Source: an uncultured delta proteobacterium (lineage in GTDB: Bacteria; Desulfobacterota; Binatia; Binatales; Binataceae). From it: DNA of 64,000 bases. Each line of letters starts with the position of its first letter. The first letter of the stretch is position 1. The position numbers and the translations under genes are program-made. The notes beneath the pieces are model-generated. The model was not told the origin of the DNA, did not search any database, and saw nothing but the letters and a program-made list of their open reading frames with translations. Below, one piece after another: positions 1-8,959 of the stretch. The DNA lies in the NCBI GenBank assembly GCA_963793115.1, contig CAWBYV010000020.1:70124-134123 (forward strand), given 5' to 3'.

Positions 1-1
1 G

Positions 2-661
2 ACCGTGACCTTCATGCCCAAGCCGATTTTCGGCGACAACGGCTCCGGCATGCACGTCCATCAGAGCATCTGGAAGGGCGACACGCCGCTGTTTGCGGGC
101 TCGGGCTACGCCGGATTCTCGGAGCTCGGGATGCATTACATCGCCGGCGTGCTCCATCACGCGCCGTCGATCGCGGCCTTCACCAACCCGGGCACCAATT
201 CATACCGCCGGCTGGTGCCGGGCTTCGAGGCGCCGATTAACCTCGCGTATTCGAGCCGCAACCGCTCGGCTGCCGCGCGCATCCCGATGTACTCGCCGTC
301 ACCCAAGGCCAAGCGGGTCGAGATCCGGTTCCCCGATCCGACCTGCAATCCGTACCTCGCGTTCTCGGCGATGCTGATGGCGGGACTGGACGGAATCCAG
401 CGCAAGCTCGATCCGGGTCAGCCGCTCGACAAGGACATCTATGCGCTCACGCCGGCCGAGTTGGCGGAAGTGCCGAGCATGCCGGCCTCGCTCGACGAAG
501 CGCTGGACAATCTCAAGCGCGACCACGAGTATCTGCTTAAGGGCGATGTTTTCACCGAGGACGTGGTCGAGACGTGGATCGACTACAAGATGTCGAAGGA
601 AGTGAGCCAGGTGCGTTTGCGGCCCCATCCGTACGAGTTCGCACTCTACTTCGACGCGTAA
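2..661 (+). CDS. glnA: glutamine synthetase type I, C-terminal part (5' end lies outside the window)
   Basis: ORF 5..661 is open to the window edge. The peptide carries GS-I catalytic-domain motifs ([61 protein letters not shown]). No true start codon is in the window. Confidence 0.93.
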   Translation, partial: TVTFMPKPIFGDNGSGMHVHQSIWKGDTPLFAGSGYAGFSELGMHYIAGVLHHAPSIAAFTNPGTNSYRRLVPGFEAPINLAYSSRNRSAAARIPMYSPSPKAKRVEIRFPDPTCNPYLAFSAMLMAGLDGIQRKLDPGQPLDKDIYALTPAELAEVPSMPASLDEALDNLKRDHEYLLKGDVFTEDVVETWIDYKMSKEVSQVRLRPHPYEFALYFDA

Positions 662-692
662 TCGCGCGACGCGCGCGACGAATCGGAATCAC

Positions 693-727
693 GAAGCGGC
701 GGGCGCTCCTCGCGCCCGCCGCTTTCG
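693..727 (+). terminator. putative rho-independent terminator of glnA
   Basis: Perfect GC-rich stem AGCGGCGGGCGC (695-706) / GCGCCCGCCGCT (712-723) with a 5-nt loop, followed by TTT. It begins about 33 nt after the glnA stop. Confidence 0.5.
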
Positions 728-1064
728 CGTGATCCTGTAGGCGAAAGCCGCTGCCGTCGTCGATCCGAAACGGCCTGATGAATGGGCCCGGGTTGCTCAT
801 CGCATCGCGCTCCGTCGGGGGGGGGCACGGTCACCACTAGCATATGCGCGCGCGCCGGACACGCGCGAGGCGGCTTCAGCCCGGATGCCCATTTTCCCTG
901 TGAAATACACCGGGAATAGCGTCGGCGATGGCGGCGGGAGTGACAGATGGGCTATGGAATATGAGCGATTTGCTTGAAGCTGCGAATCATGGCTGAAATC
1001 GAGCGAGGACAACCACAATCACGTAGCAACGGCCAGGGCGCCTAAAGCGCCTGGCCAACGGTGT

Positions 1065-1307
1065 GTGGAAAGGATGAGCTGGGCAGACTTTCTGATTTCA
1101 GCCGCGGCGTTCGTTGCCTTGGGTGGCTACTTCTGCGTTACGGCTTGGAGTGCCGTCGTCAACGGGATCAACGAAGACACCATCCTGAGCCTCGCTGCGA
1201 TTATCGCGCTATCGGCAGGACTGGTGGCACTACGCGCGACCATATTGCGGCGCTCCGGCAAAAGCCCAGCCGAATCCGAAGATTCTTCCGATTCCGGCGC
1301 TCCCTAA
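1065..1307 (+). CDS. hypothetical small membrane protein (two predicted hydrophobic helices)
   Basis: 80-aa ORF with two hydrophobic stretches (FLISAAAFVALGGYFCV, LSLAAIIALSAGLVAL) and an acidic Ser-rich tail. No recognisable family. The start codon is uncertain (GTG 1065 or ATG 1074). Confidence 0.35.
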   Translation: MERMSWADFLISAAAFVALGGYFCVTAWSAVVNGINEDTILSLAAIIALSAGLVALRATILRRSGKSPAESEDSSDSGAP

Positions 1308-1565
1308 TCCGGCCTCCGGGAACCGCCATTTTCAATTAGTTGTGATTCGCTTCGCGCACCCCGAGGGATGAAAGCCAGACGGCATGGACTATGATGCCTT
1401 GACTCCTCGTAGAATTTATTTTCGTCGCGGCTTTCTTGGCAGATCACTGCCAAACCGGGACCAAACGGACCCAAGGCCTTGCGGGGGTGCGGCGTTTGGT
1501 CCATAAGGTGAGTTGGAACCCGAGAATCAAAACGGAAGTCCCGCCACAAATAGGAGCACATCGTC

Positions 1566-1988
1566 ATGAGCCAACGGATTGATCAGTTTTGCGAAAATCT
1601 CCGAGTCAAACTCACAAATATCGACAGCGGTCTCCATGGTCTCAAAACCAAGATTGAGGGGAAGGCTCAACACGCGGATCAGGAGGTCCGAAGCCATCTC
1701 GATAAAGTCAGGAAGAGCATCGACAAAAATCGCGACAAGCTCTCCGCTTCACGAGCCGAAATGAAGGAGTGGGTGGAGGCCCGAAAAACCGCTACCGCCG
1801 ACAAGATCGCCGATTGGAAAGCCAAACACGAGACAACCAAGTTGCAGAATCGTGCCGATAGCGCCGAGCGGTACGCCGCAGCCGCGGTAGATGTCGCTCT
1901 GGCGGCCGTGGATGAGGCTGAAGAGGCAGCGCTTGAAGCGTGGCTCGCGCGAGAAGACGCAGACTCTGCGCAGGCCAAAAAAGCATAA
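1566..1988 (+). CDS. hypothetical protein, predicted coiled-coil, Lys/Glu/Ala-rich
   Basis: 140-aa ORF with an ATG start preceded by AGGAG (1551-1555). The composition is coding-like in a locally lower-GC region. No family recognised. Confidence 0.5.
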   Translation: MSQRIDQFCENLRVKLTNIDSGLHGLKTKIEGKAQHADQEVRSHLDKVRKSIDKNRDKLSASRAEMKEWVEARKTATADKIADWKAKHETTKLQNRADSAERYAAAAVDVALAAVDEAEEAALEAWLAREDADSAQAKKA

Positions 1989-2054
1989 GACGTAATCCGC
2001 TGACATGGATTCACTCGAACCACAAGCGATTGCAGTCAGTTGATGGAGAGTGCC

Positions 2055-2465
2055 ATGAAACGCGCGACTATCCTGATGCTTGCAAGCCTGATGCTTGCAA
2101 GCATCGCAGCGATGACGCCGACCATCGCGGCCGCGCAACCGCAGATCGCGGGATCCACGCTCGTCGGTATCGCGGCGGCAGAGCTGCGTGAGGTCACGCT
2201 GGGTTGGAGTGCAAAGCGCCAGGTGCTCGGGCAACCGGTCTTCAACGACAAGCGCGAGCGGATCGGAGCGATCGACGATATCGTCATCGCCCCCGATAAG
2301 GCAGTTTCGTACGCCATCATCGGAGTGGGCGGCTTCCTGGGCGTCAACAGGCACGATGTCGCGATACCGGTGAGCCGGATAAGGCAAGTCGAGGGCAAAT
2401 TCGTTCTCGCCGGCGCTACGAAAGACGCCCTCAGAGCGATGCCCCCGTTCGAATACGCGCATTGA
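2055..2465 (+). CDS. PRC-barrel domain protein with N-terminal signal peptide
   Basis: Signal-like N-terminus MKRATILMLASLMLASIAAMTPTIAAAQ. It is followed by a PRC-barrel-like segment (VFNDKRERIGAIDDIVIAPDKAVSYAIIGVGGFLGVNRHDVAIPVSRI). The ORF track opens at 2040; ATG 2055 is the more plausible start. Confidence 0.65.
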   Translation: MKRATILMLASLMLASIAAMTPTIAAAQPQIAGSTLVGIAAAELREVTLGWSAKRQVLGQPVFNDKRERIGAIDDIVIAPDKAVSYAIIGVGGFLGVNRHDVAIPVSRIRQVEGKFVLAGATKDALRAMPPFEYAH

Positions 2466-2619
2466 CGCCGGTGAAGGGGGACCATGTGACGATCGCTGCG
2501 GTCGATCTACATCCCCTCACGAAGCCATCCGCGCAGTTGGGCAAGGCCGCAATGGTCACGCCTGTTGAGCGACTCGCACATGCCCAGATCGAGTCAATGC
2601 AGACAATTGGAGAAATAGG

Positions 2620-3245
2620 ATGACTTCCCTGAATCCAAGCCACAACCACATGCAAAGCGCCATAAGGAACGCGCTGGGCGTCCACTGGCGGCTATTCCTG
2701 TTCCAGGGCGCGGCCATGATCATTCTTGGCGTGCTCGCCGTCGCCGCACCAGTGGCGGCAACCATCGCCGTCAACACATCGCCGTCAACATCTACATTGG
2801 TTGGCTTTTTCTGATCAGCGGCATCGTGGGGCTCGTCGCAATGTTCTCGGCGAAGGACATCCCGGCCTTTCTGTGGAACCTCATCACGGCGGCTTTATCG
2901 CTCGCGGTCGGCGCCTTGCTCATCTCGCATCCTGTCGCGGGCGCGCTCTCGCTCACGATTTTGCTGACCGCCTTCTTTATCGCCGAGGGCGTTTTCCAGA
3001 TCGCAACGTCGGGCGCATATCGCGACGTGATGGGGGGCCTATGGGGCTGGATGCTGGTGAGCGGTATCTCGGATCTAGCGCTGGCCGCGATCATCATTCT
3101 CGGATGGCCGATCACCGCCGTCTGGGCGCTGGGCCTTCTCGTCGGCGTCAACCTGATCACGTCGGGTTGGGCGATCGTAATGGCAGCACTGGCCGGGCGC
3201 AGCGTCGCCGAGGCTCTCGAGGGCGCTGGCGGGCCGCAGCGATGA
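2620..3245 (+). pseudogene. HdeD/DUF308 family membrane protein, frame broken by a 14-bp tandem duplication
   Basis: ORFs 2620..2814 and 2826..3245 are two halves of one DUF308-type protein made of repeated small hydrophobic helices. Removing one copy of ATCGCCGTCAACA(C/T) (2764-2777 / 2778-2791) restores ...ATIAVNIYIGWLFLISGIVGLVAMFSAKD... in a single frame. Confidence 0.7.
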
Positions 3246-3461
3246 TGCGGGCTCCCGCGCGGCGGCCGCACTGCCAGTGAGCCCGCCGCATCGTTTTGCC
3301 GCGCGCACCCTCCCTGGGATAGAAACCCCATAGGGAACAAGGTCGTGCCACGCGGTTCAGTTCAAGGCGGCTTATCCGCCATCCGGCCGTAACCGCTCGG
3401 TCCACACTTGGCTCCGGCACGTCGTTCGTCGCGAGAAACGGAGGAAGACACAGTGGCGGGT

Positions 3462-4120
3462 ATGATCCCATTAGCGGACGCATCTCGACGGCCCGGCCGT
3501 TTCCCCGTCGTCACCACCGCAATCATCCTCGTGAACGTGTTCGTCTTCATGTTGGAACTGAGCGGGCGGTGACGCATTTGTAATGCGGTGGTCGGTGATC
3601 CCCGCCGATATTGTCGCAGGCCACCACTGGGTCACCATCCTGACGGCGATGTTCATGCACGGCGGTTGGATGCACATTATAGGCAACATGGTGTTCCTAT
3701 GGGCATTTGGCCCGGAAGTCGAAGACGCGATGGGGCTGCTACGGTACTTGGCGTTTTACCTGCTCAGCGGTCTGGCGGCTTCGCTGGCGCAGATCGCTAC
3801 TGATGCCCGGTTCCACCGTTCCCAATCTAGGCGCCAGCGGCGCGATTGCGGGTGTGATGGGCGCCTTTCTGGTCACCTATCCGCGTGATCAGATACGCAC
3901 GCTGGTTCTGTTGGGCTGGTTCACCCGTGTAACCTTTATTCCCGCGGCGCTCTTGATAGGAGTCTGGTTCGTCATTCAGCTCTTCAGCCAGGTCGGCGCC
4001 GTGGCAGATGTACAGACGGGCGGCGTCGCTTACGCGGCTCACGTTGGAGGGTTCATCTTTGGGGCGGTTACCGCACGAATGTTTGAGAGTTCCCGGCGCA
4101 TCTCCGAATCGGAAACCTGA
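3462..4120 (+). CDS. rhomboid family intramembrane serine protease (two frameshifts in this sequence)
   Basis: ATG 3462 gives MIPLADASRRPGRFPVVTTAIILVNVFVFMLELSG. The protein continues in ORF 3583..3888 (HWVTILTAMFMHGGWMHIIGNMVFLWAFG) and ORF 3707..4120 (GASGAIAGVMGAFL ... AHVGGFIFG). The rhomboid Ser (GASGA) and His motifs are present. The frame changes near 3566 and 3805. Confidence 0.75.
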
Positions 4121-4122
4121 CC

Positions 4123-4599
4123 ATGCCTTCCAACGCTGCTGAAACCCACGTCGCGATTCCGGGCCTGACGCCACAGGAAGCTGAGGCACGGCTGGACCGA
4201 TTCGGACCGAACGAGCCCGCAGCGACACAGCACCATTCCGCTCTTTCCGATCTCTTGCGTGAGTCTATGAATCCGCTGGTGTTGATCCTGGTGATTGCCG
4301 CAGCCGCATCGGCATTGCTAGGTCAGGCGGTTGATGCCGGAATCATCGGCGCGATTGTTCTGCTGAGCGCCGCTATCGACTTGGCTCAGACCTATCGTTC
4401 TCAACGGGAAATCGAACAACTACGCGAACGGGTTGCCCCGACGGCAACCGTCCTGCGCGGCGGCGCGCGGAAGGAAATTCAGCGGCGTTACGTGGTGCCG
4501 TATCTCTTGCTGGTGGAAGCCGCTAAACGGCGCCTTCTCCGAGGGGCAACCAAAGAAAATCCGACCAAGCTTGGAGATACCGTGGTGACCACAACTTAG
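4123..4599 (+). pseudogene. N-terminal remnant of a P-type (cation-transporting) ATPase
   Basis: The first ~125 aa match the Cation_ATPase_N region plus the first TM helices (GLTPQEAEARLDRFGPNE ... NPLVLILVIAAAASALLG ... TVLRGGARKEI). Similarity then stops and the ORF ends after 158 aa. Full-length enzymes are about 800-900 aa. A convergent gene starts 60 bp downstream. Confidence 0.6.
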
Positions 4600-4659
4600 G
4601 TTGCGGCCAGGAGACTACCCGGCCGCTTCAGTGTTGAGTTGAGGGGAAGGATTAGAAGG

Positions 4660-5232
4660 TCAAGACGCAATTTTCCAGACCAGCATCAGCAATGACAACC
4701 CGTAAAATATCAGGTTAACGGCGATCACCCAGCCAAGGTAAAATACATCGAAGGCGGGAAATCCAATCCATAGCACTGCGGCCAGAATGAGCGTGATCAC
4801 ACCCGAAAAAACCATCCATCTCCAGTTTCGCACCGGGCGGAACTCAAAGGCCAGCAGCAGCTCCAGCACGCCTTCCAAGGTCATGAAAATGGCCAGAAGC
4901 GTCACTAAGGTCAGCAGCACTGGCAGGGGCTTCCACAGAATGACGATGCCGACGACAATCGAAAGGCAGGCGGATAGCAGCGACCACCAGTGCATTTTCG
5001 ATCTCAGCGTCAGGATAAGCTGGAACCCACCAGTCAGCAGGAGAATGACGCCTATGAGCAGTTCGGTGTTGAGGGCCGTGACGCCCGGAAATGCGGCAAC
5101 CAGTGCGCCGGCGAGGACAAATATCAAACCCTGAAAGATGTACTTGCCCTTGTGATTGCGCAGTTCCTGCTCGACGCGCGCGCCCAAGCCATCAGAATCT
5201 CCCGTCGTTGACGCGATTTTGGTAAGTGACAT
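4660..5232 (-). CDS. HdeD/DUF308 family membrane protein
   Basis: 190-aa ORF with six regularly spaced hydrophobic helices typical of DUF308 (FQGLIFVLAGALVAAFP, LIGVILLLTGGFQLILT, WWSLLSACLSIVVGIVILW ...). It is a second copy of the family found at 2620..3245. Confidence 0.7.
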   Translation of the reverse strand: MSLTKIASTTGDSDGLGARVEQELRNHKGKYIFQGLIFVLAGALVAAFPGVTALNTELLIGVILLLTGGFQLILTLRSKMHWWSLLSACLSIVVGIVILWKPLPVLLTLVTLLAIFMTLEGVLELLLAFEFRPVRNWRWMVFSGVITLILAAVLWIGFPAFDVFYLGWVIAVNLIFYGLSLLMLVWKIAS

Positions 5233-6094
5233 CGTCTCCTCCTTTCGCGGGCTGGCGCCGTCCAGGCGCCGCCAGCGCCCGAAGCGGCGCTAGTTCCTGA
5301 GCCAGCTCCACGATCCGCTGATGGATTCCGACCGGGTCGGTGGCCTGAAAGGCGTGGCCAGCGCCGGGGATCATGATGACTTCAGCTTGCGGGAGCATGC
5401 GCTTGATGATCGCGGCGTTCTCGGCCGGGACCAGCACGTCGCTGGCGCCGTGAACGATCAGCACGGGACACTTGATCTGCGGCAGGCGATCGTAGGCGTT
5501 GAACTGCATGATGCCGGCCGCCTGGCTCGCGACCGCCGCCGGCGGAGTGCGCGGCGCCATCGTCATCGCCGCGGTCAGCATCGGCTTGATCTCCGGATGC
5601 GCCGCGATGAACTCGGTGGGCATCATGATAGGCAGGATGATGTCGAGCGCCTTGTCCGGATCGGACGCCATCAGCGCGTTTCCCATCATCAGTTTTCCCA
5701 CCACGTCGGGAGCGGCCGGCTTTGCGGTCGCGCCGCCCGCCATCGTGCATCCCAGCACGAGCCTTTCGACCTGTTCCGGATGCCGCAAGGCCAGTTCCTG
5801 CGCGATCATCCCGCCCATCGAAACGCCGAAGACCTTGGCCCGGTTGATTCCGAGCGCCTTGAGCAAGCCGCTCGCGTCGTCCGCCATCTCCGGCACGGTG
5901 TACGTACCCGCCGGCTTGTCGGACTCCCCGGTGCCTCGGTTATCGAAGTAAATGCACTTGAATCCGGTCAAGAGCGGCAGCACGGGAAGCCAGGCTGCCC
6001 CCGGCATCGCAAATCCCATTATCAGCAACAACGGATCGCCGTTGCCGTAGGTCTCGTAGTGGATATTCACCGAGCCGGTATTAGCTTTAGGCAC
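5192..6094 (-). CDS. alpha/beta-fold hydrolase
   Basis: 300-aa ORF with the HG-like N-terminal block (LLLIMGFAMPG), the nucleophile elbow GVSMGG, and C-terminal HGASD ... GAGHAF motifs. Confidence 0.8.
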   Translation of the reverse strand: MPKANTGSVNIHYETYGNGDPLLLIMGFAMPGAAWLPVLPLLTGFKCIYFDNRGTGESDKPAGTYTVPEMADDASGLLKALGINRAKVFGVSMGGMIAQELALRHPEQVERLVLGCTMAGGATAKPAAPDVVGKLMMGNALMASDPDKALDIILPIMMPTEFIAAHPEIKPMLTAAMTMAPRTPPAAVASQAAGIMQFNAYDRLPQIKCPVLIVHGASDVLVPAENAAIIKRMLPQAEVIMIPGAGHAFQATDPVGIHQRIVELAQELAPLRALAAPGRRQPAKGGDDVTYQNRVNDGRF

Positions 6095-6172
6095 GTTCGG
6101 AACTCCTGGGCGCGAATTGCGCGAGAGTCGCGACTGGCGCGGCGTCGCGGCAACGCCAACCCTCGGCGGTGG

Positions 6173-6760
6173 TCAGGCGATTTTCAGGATGCTCTCGGGA
6201 TGCTGCTCGTTGGGATCGACTCCGGGTTCCATCCGGTATAGCACCGACTTGTCCACCACGAGCCCGCCGTCATCTGCCAGCGAGATCTTGAACCGATCCA
6301 TCGGCCGTGGCGCGGGACCTTCGAAGTTCAGCCCGCTGATGTAGTAGCCGGAGCCGTGGCACGGGCACTTGAATTTCTGCTCCGTCTTGAGCCATCGCGG
6401 CGTGCATCCCAGATGCGTGCATTTGGCGAAGATCGCGTAGAAGCCGGCCTTGGTGCGGATGATCCAGGTGCGATAATCCTGCTTGAATTTCTCGCTGACT
6501 TCGCCGACCACATAGTCGCTCGGGAAGCCGGCCTTGAAGCGCGAGGGTGGCAGGAACAGGACGCGCGGAAATGCCGAGCGCACCGCCGCCAGCAGGCCGA
6601 GCATCGAGAAGACCCCAAAGCCGCCCCATCCGAGCCGCCCCAGAAAGTCGCGCCGGCTCCACAGCGATCCTGGCACGGCTTGCTCTTTCTCCGCGCGCGC
6701 GCGCCGCTGCTTGAGCTCAGTCTCGCCGACTGGGGCCTTGCCTTGGGGTACCGCTGCCAT
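6173..6760 (-). CDS. Rieske [2Fe-2S] protein with Tat signal (bc1/b6f-type iron-sulfur subunit-like)
   Basis: Twin-arginine motif SRRDFLGRLG followed by a TM helix. The Rieske boxes CTHLGC and CPCHGS are separated by 15 residues. Confidence 0.8.
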   Translation of the reverse strand: MAAVPQGKAPVGETELKQRRARAEKEQAVPGSLWSRRDFLGRLGWGGFGVFSMLGLLAAVRSAFPRVLFLPPSRFKAGFPSDYVVGEVSEKFKQDYRTWIIRTKAGFYAIFAKCTHLGCTPRWLKTEQKFKCPCHGSGYYISGLNFEGPAPRPMDRFKISLADDGGLVVDKSVLYRMEPGVDPNEQHPESILKIA

Positions 6761-6944
6761 CCAGATTCCTCACTGCCACCGCAAAGCGTTGCGATGAATA
6801 AGACTGCCTGCTTCGACTAACCGACGTACCACCAAAAATTTTACCCCGCCGACCATTGCGCAGGCAATCGCGAAAGGGCCTCGCCGTGCGCGCGGATTCG
6901 GATGCGCTTCTGCGGCGCCGACGCTCAACCAAATGAGATCGGGT

Positions 6945-7415
6945 TCAGTGAATATAGGGCTGACCGCCGACGTAAGGCTCCGGCGGGGGAGGAGGGGCCA
7001 TCGGCGACCCGACCGGCGGTGGCGATGCCGGCTGGGTCTCGATCGGAGACGACGCGGGGGCATGCGAGGCCAAGGCCTCTTCGTGCAAGTGGAACTTGGG
7101 GATCGGGTCGCGCGCCGGGAGGTAATCCGGCGCTGGCAACTCCCTTATCGGTGCGGGCGCGGTATCCTCTGAATACGTACTGTCCGTAGCGGGCGCCAAG
7201 AAGGTATCTGCCATGACATAGTGCAGCGGGCGCGTCACCGTCCATTCCAGCAAAAAGCCGACCGGCGCCACGAAGTAGCTCGCGATCTTCAACGGCTGCG
7301 AGTCTTCGTCGTTATACTCTCTAGGATTCTGCTGCTCGGTTAGTTCATCGGCTCGGCACAGAGCGGGAACACCGAGTATCATGATCGCCAAGAGGGCCAA
7401 AATCGCACGTCGCAT
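6945..7415 (-). CDS. hypothetical secreted protein with proline-rich C-terminus
   Basis: 156-aa ORF with signal peptide MRRAILALLAIMILGVPALCRA and a Pro-rich tail (PASPPPVGSPMAPPPPPEP). No family recognised. Confidence 0.5.
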   Translation of the reverse strand: MRRAILALLAIMILGVPALCRADELTEQQNPREYNDEDSQPLKIASYFVAPVGFLLEWTVTRPLHYVMADTFLAPATDSTYSEDTAPAPIRELPAPDYLPARDPIPKFHLHEEALASHAPASSPIETQPASPPPVGSPMAPPPPPEPYVGGQPYIH

Positions 7416-7558
7416 GGGGCTTATTTTGGTGCCGTCCCGGCTCGATTGTCAACGCGAGGCCCGCACTTTGCCGCCCGGCCTGGTTTGACGGCAGAGGCGG
7501 CCGTATCGCGGCTATAGTTGTTTGGCTTGGCTTGCTTTGCGGCTTTTGAGGGGCGATC

Positions 7559-8954
7559 TTGGAATCCGTGCGCGAATCGTGGCGAAGAATCCGGACCGCT
7601 TCGCTCGCCGTGGCCGCGTTGCTCCTGATCCCGCTGGTTGTCTCCGCGGCCTCTCCGGCACGCCTCGCCTTCGTCGGTATCGACGACAACATCTACGAAT
7701 GTACCGGCGATTGCGCCCGCCCGCGATGCGTCACCTGCCCGGTGCATGGAACGGAGGCTCGCGCCGCGGGGATGCGTGCGGCCGCTTTCGAGCAGCCGCA
7801 GGACGAAGGCGCCACGAAGTTCGCCTGGCCCACCTATTCGCCCGACGGCCGAAAACTTGCCTGTCTCTCGTCGGGCAGCAAGCAGGGCCGTCTGTCTTAC
7901 GGCGTATACGTCTACGACCTGGAGAAGATGATCTCGACCAGGATTTTCGAGAGCTCGATCGAGCGCGCGATCTATCTGTTCTGGTTGCCCGACGGCGCTC
8001 GGCTCTCCTTTCTGGTCACCGAGCCCGACGGCCAGCTCACCCTGATGCTCGCGCAGGCGCGCGGGGACGCCCCGATCAGAATTGTCGCCTCAGGCGCGCC
8101 GCTTTACTTCGACTGGAACCGCAAGACCGAGCTCCTGCTGCATACCAATACCGCCGGGCCGGAGGCGGAGCGCGTGTCGCTGATGAATGTCACGCCGACC
8201 AGCCAGGACGTTCGAGCGCGTGCTGGCGCGGGGCCCCGCGCCATTCAAGTCGCCGTGCTGGTCGCCCGACGGCGCGCACATCGCGTTCGTAGCCAGTCAG
8301 GACGACCTCGCGCAGCTCTATCTGGCTGACGCCAACGGCGCGAATCCGAGAGCGATGACGAAGCTGATGGTCGGCGAGAACAGCTTCGTATGGGCTCCCG
8401 ATTCGCGTCATATCGCATTCTCGACCGCGCAGTTGCCGCCCCATACCGTGATGGACGGCGTCAACCTGCTCGATATCCGCGACGGCAGCGTGAAGCGGCT
8501 GGTCAACGACGACATTGCCGCCTTCTACTTCTCGCCCGACTCGAAGCGAATCGCCTATGTGTCGGTGCCTCCGGAGCAGCCCTTCTACACCTGGAATGTG
8601 ATCGATCTGCGCGCGGGTAAGACCCGCAAGCTCGGCAGTTTTCTCACCACCAACGAGGAGACCTTGGCCTGGCGTTACTTCGACCAGCTCGCGCTCTCGC
8701 ACAGTATCTGGGCGCCCGATTCGAGCGCGATCGCGTTCGCGGGTCTACCGGTCGAGACGCCGCACGGCGCGATGCCGCCGCATCCGATCGGCACGCCGCC
8801 GCCGGGCGTGATGATCATTCCGATCGGCGGCGCAAAGCCGCGCCGCGTCGCGGATGGCGTGCTCGCGTTCTGGGCGCATGCGCCGGGGGCGACACCGGCG
8901 CTGGCGCATGCGCCGGGGGCCACAGCGCCGATGGCGACCGCGCCGGCGCGGTAG
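7559..8954 (+). CDS. PD40/WD40-like beta-propeller repeat protein (TolB-like), one frameshift
   Basis: ORFs 7559..8329 and 8187..8954 join near 8208. Signal peptide present, plus at least six PD40-type motifs (YSPDGRKLA, WLPDGARLSF, WSPDGAHIAF, WAPDSRHIAF, FSPDSKRIAY, WAPDSSAIAF). Confidence 0.7.
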
Positions 8955-8959
8955 CCGCG

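Noticed and set aside
1436-1453. Sigma-54 promoter (TGGCAG-N5-TGCC) upstream of the 140-aa coiled-coil ORF.
   Set aside because: The GG-to-GC spacing is one nucleotide shorter than the canonical -24/-12 geometry. The sequence is also a 7-bp perfect palindrome (TTGGCAG atca CTGCCAA), so it is as likely to be an operator or chance. No enhancer-binding protein gene is nearby.
1478-1545. TPP-riboswitch-like GGGGTGC ... ACCC segment and a 10-bp inverted repeat (GGACCAAACG / CGTTTGGTCC) in the leader of ORF 1566..1988.
   Set aside because: The diagnostic CUGAGA and the pyrophosphate-sensing helix motifs are missing. The downstream gene has no link to thiamine. Only a generic hairpin can be supported.
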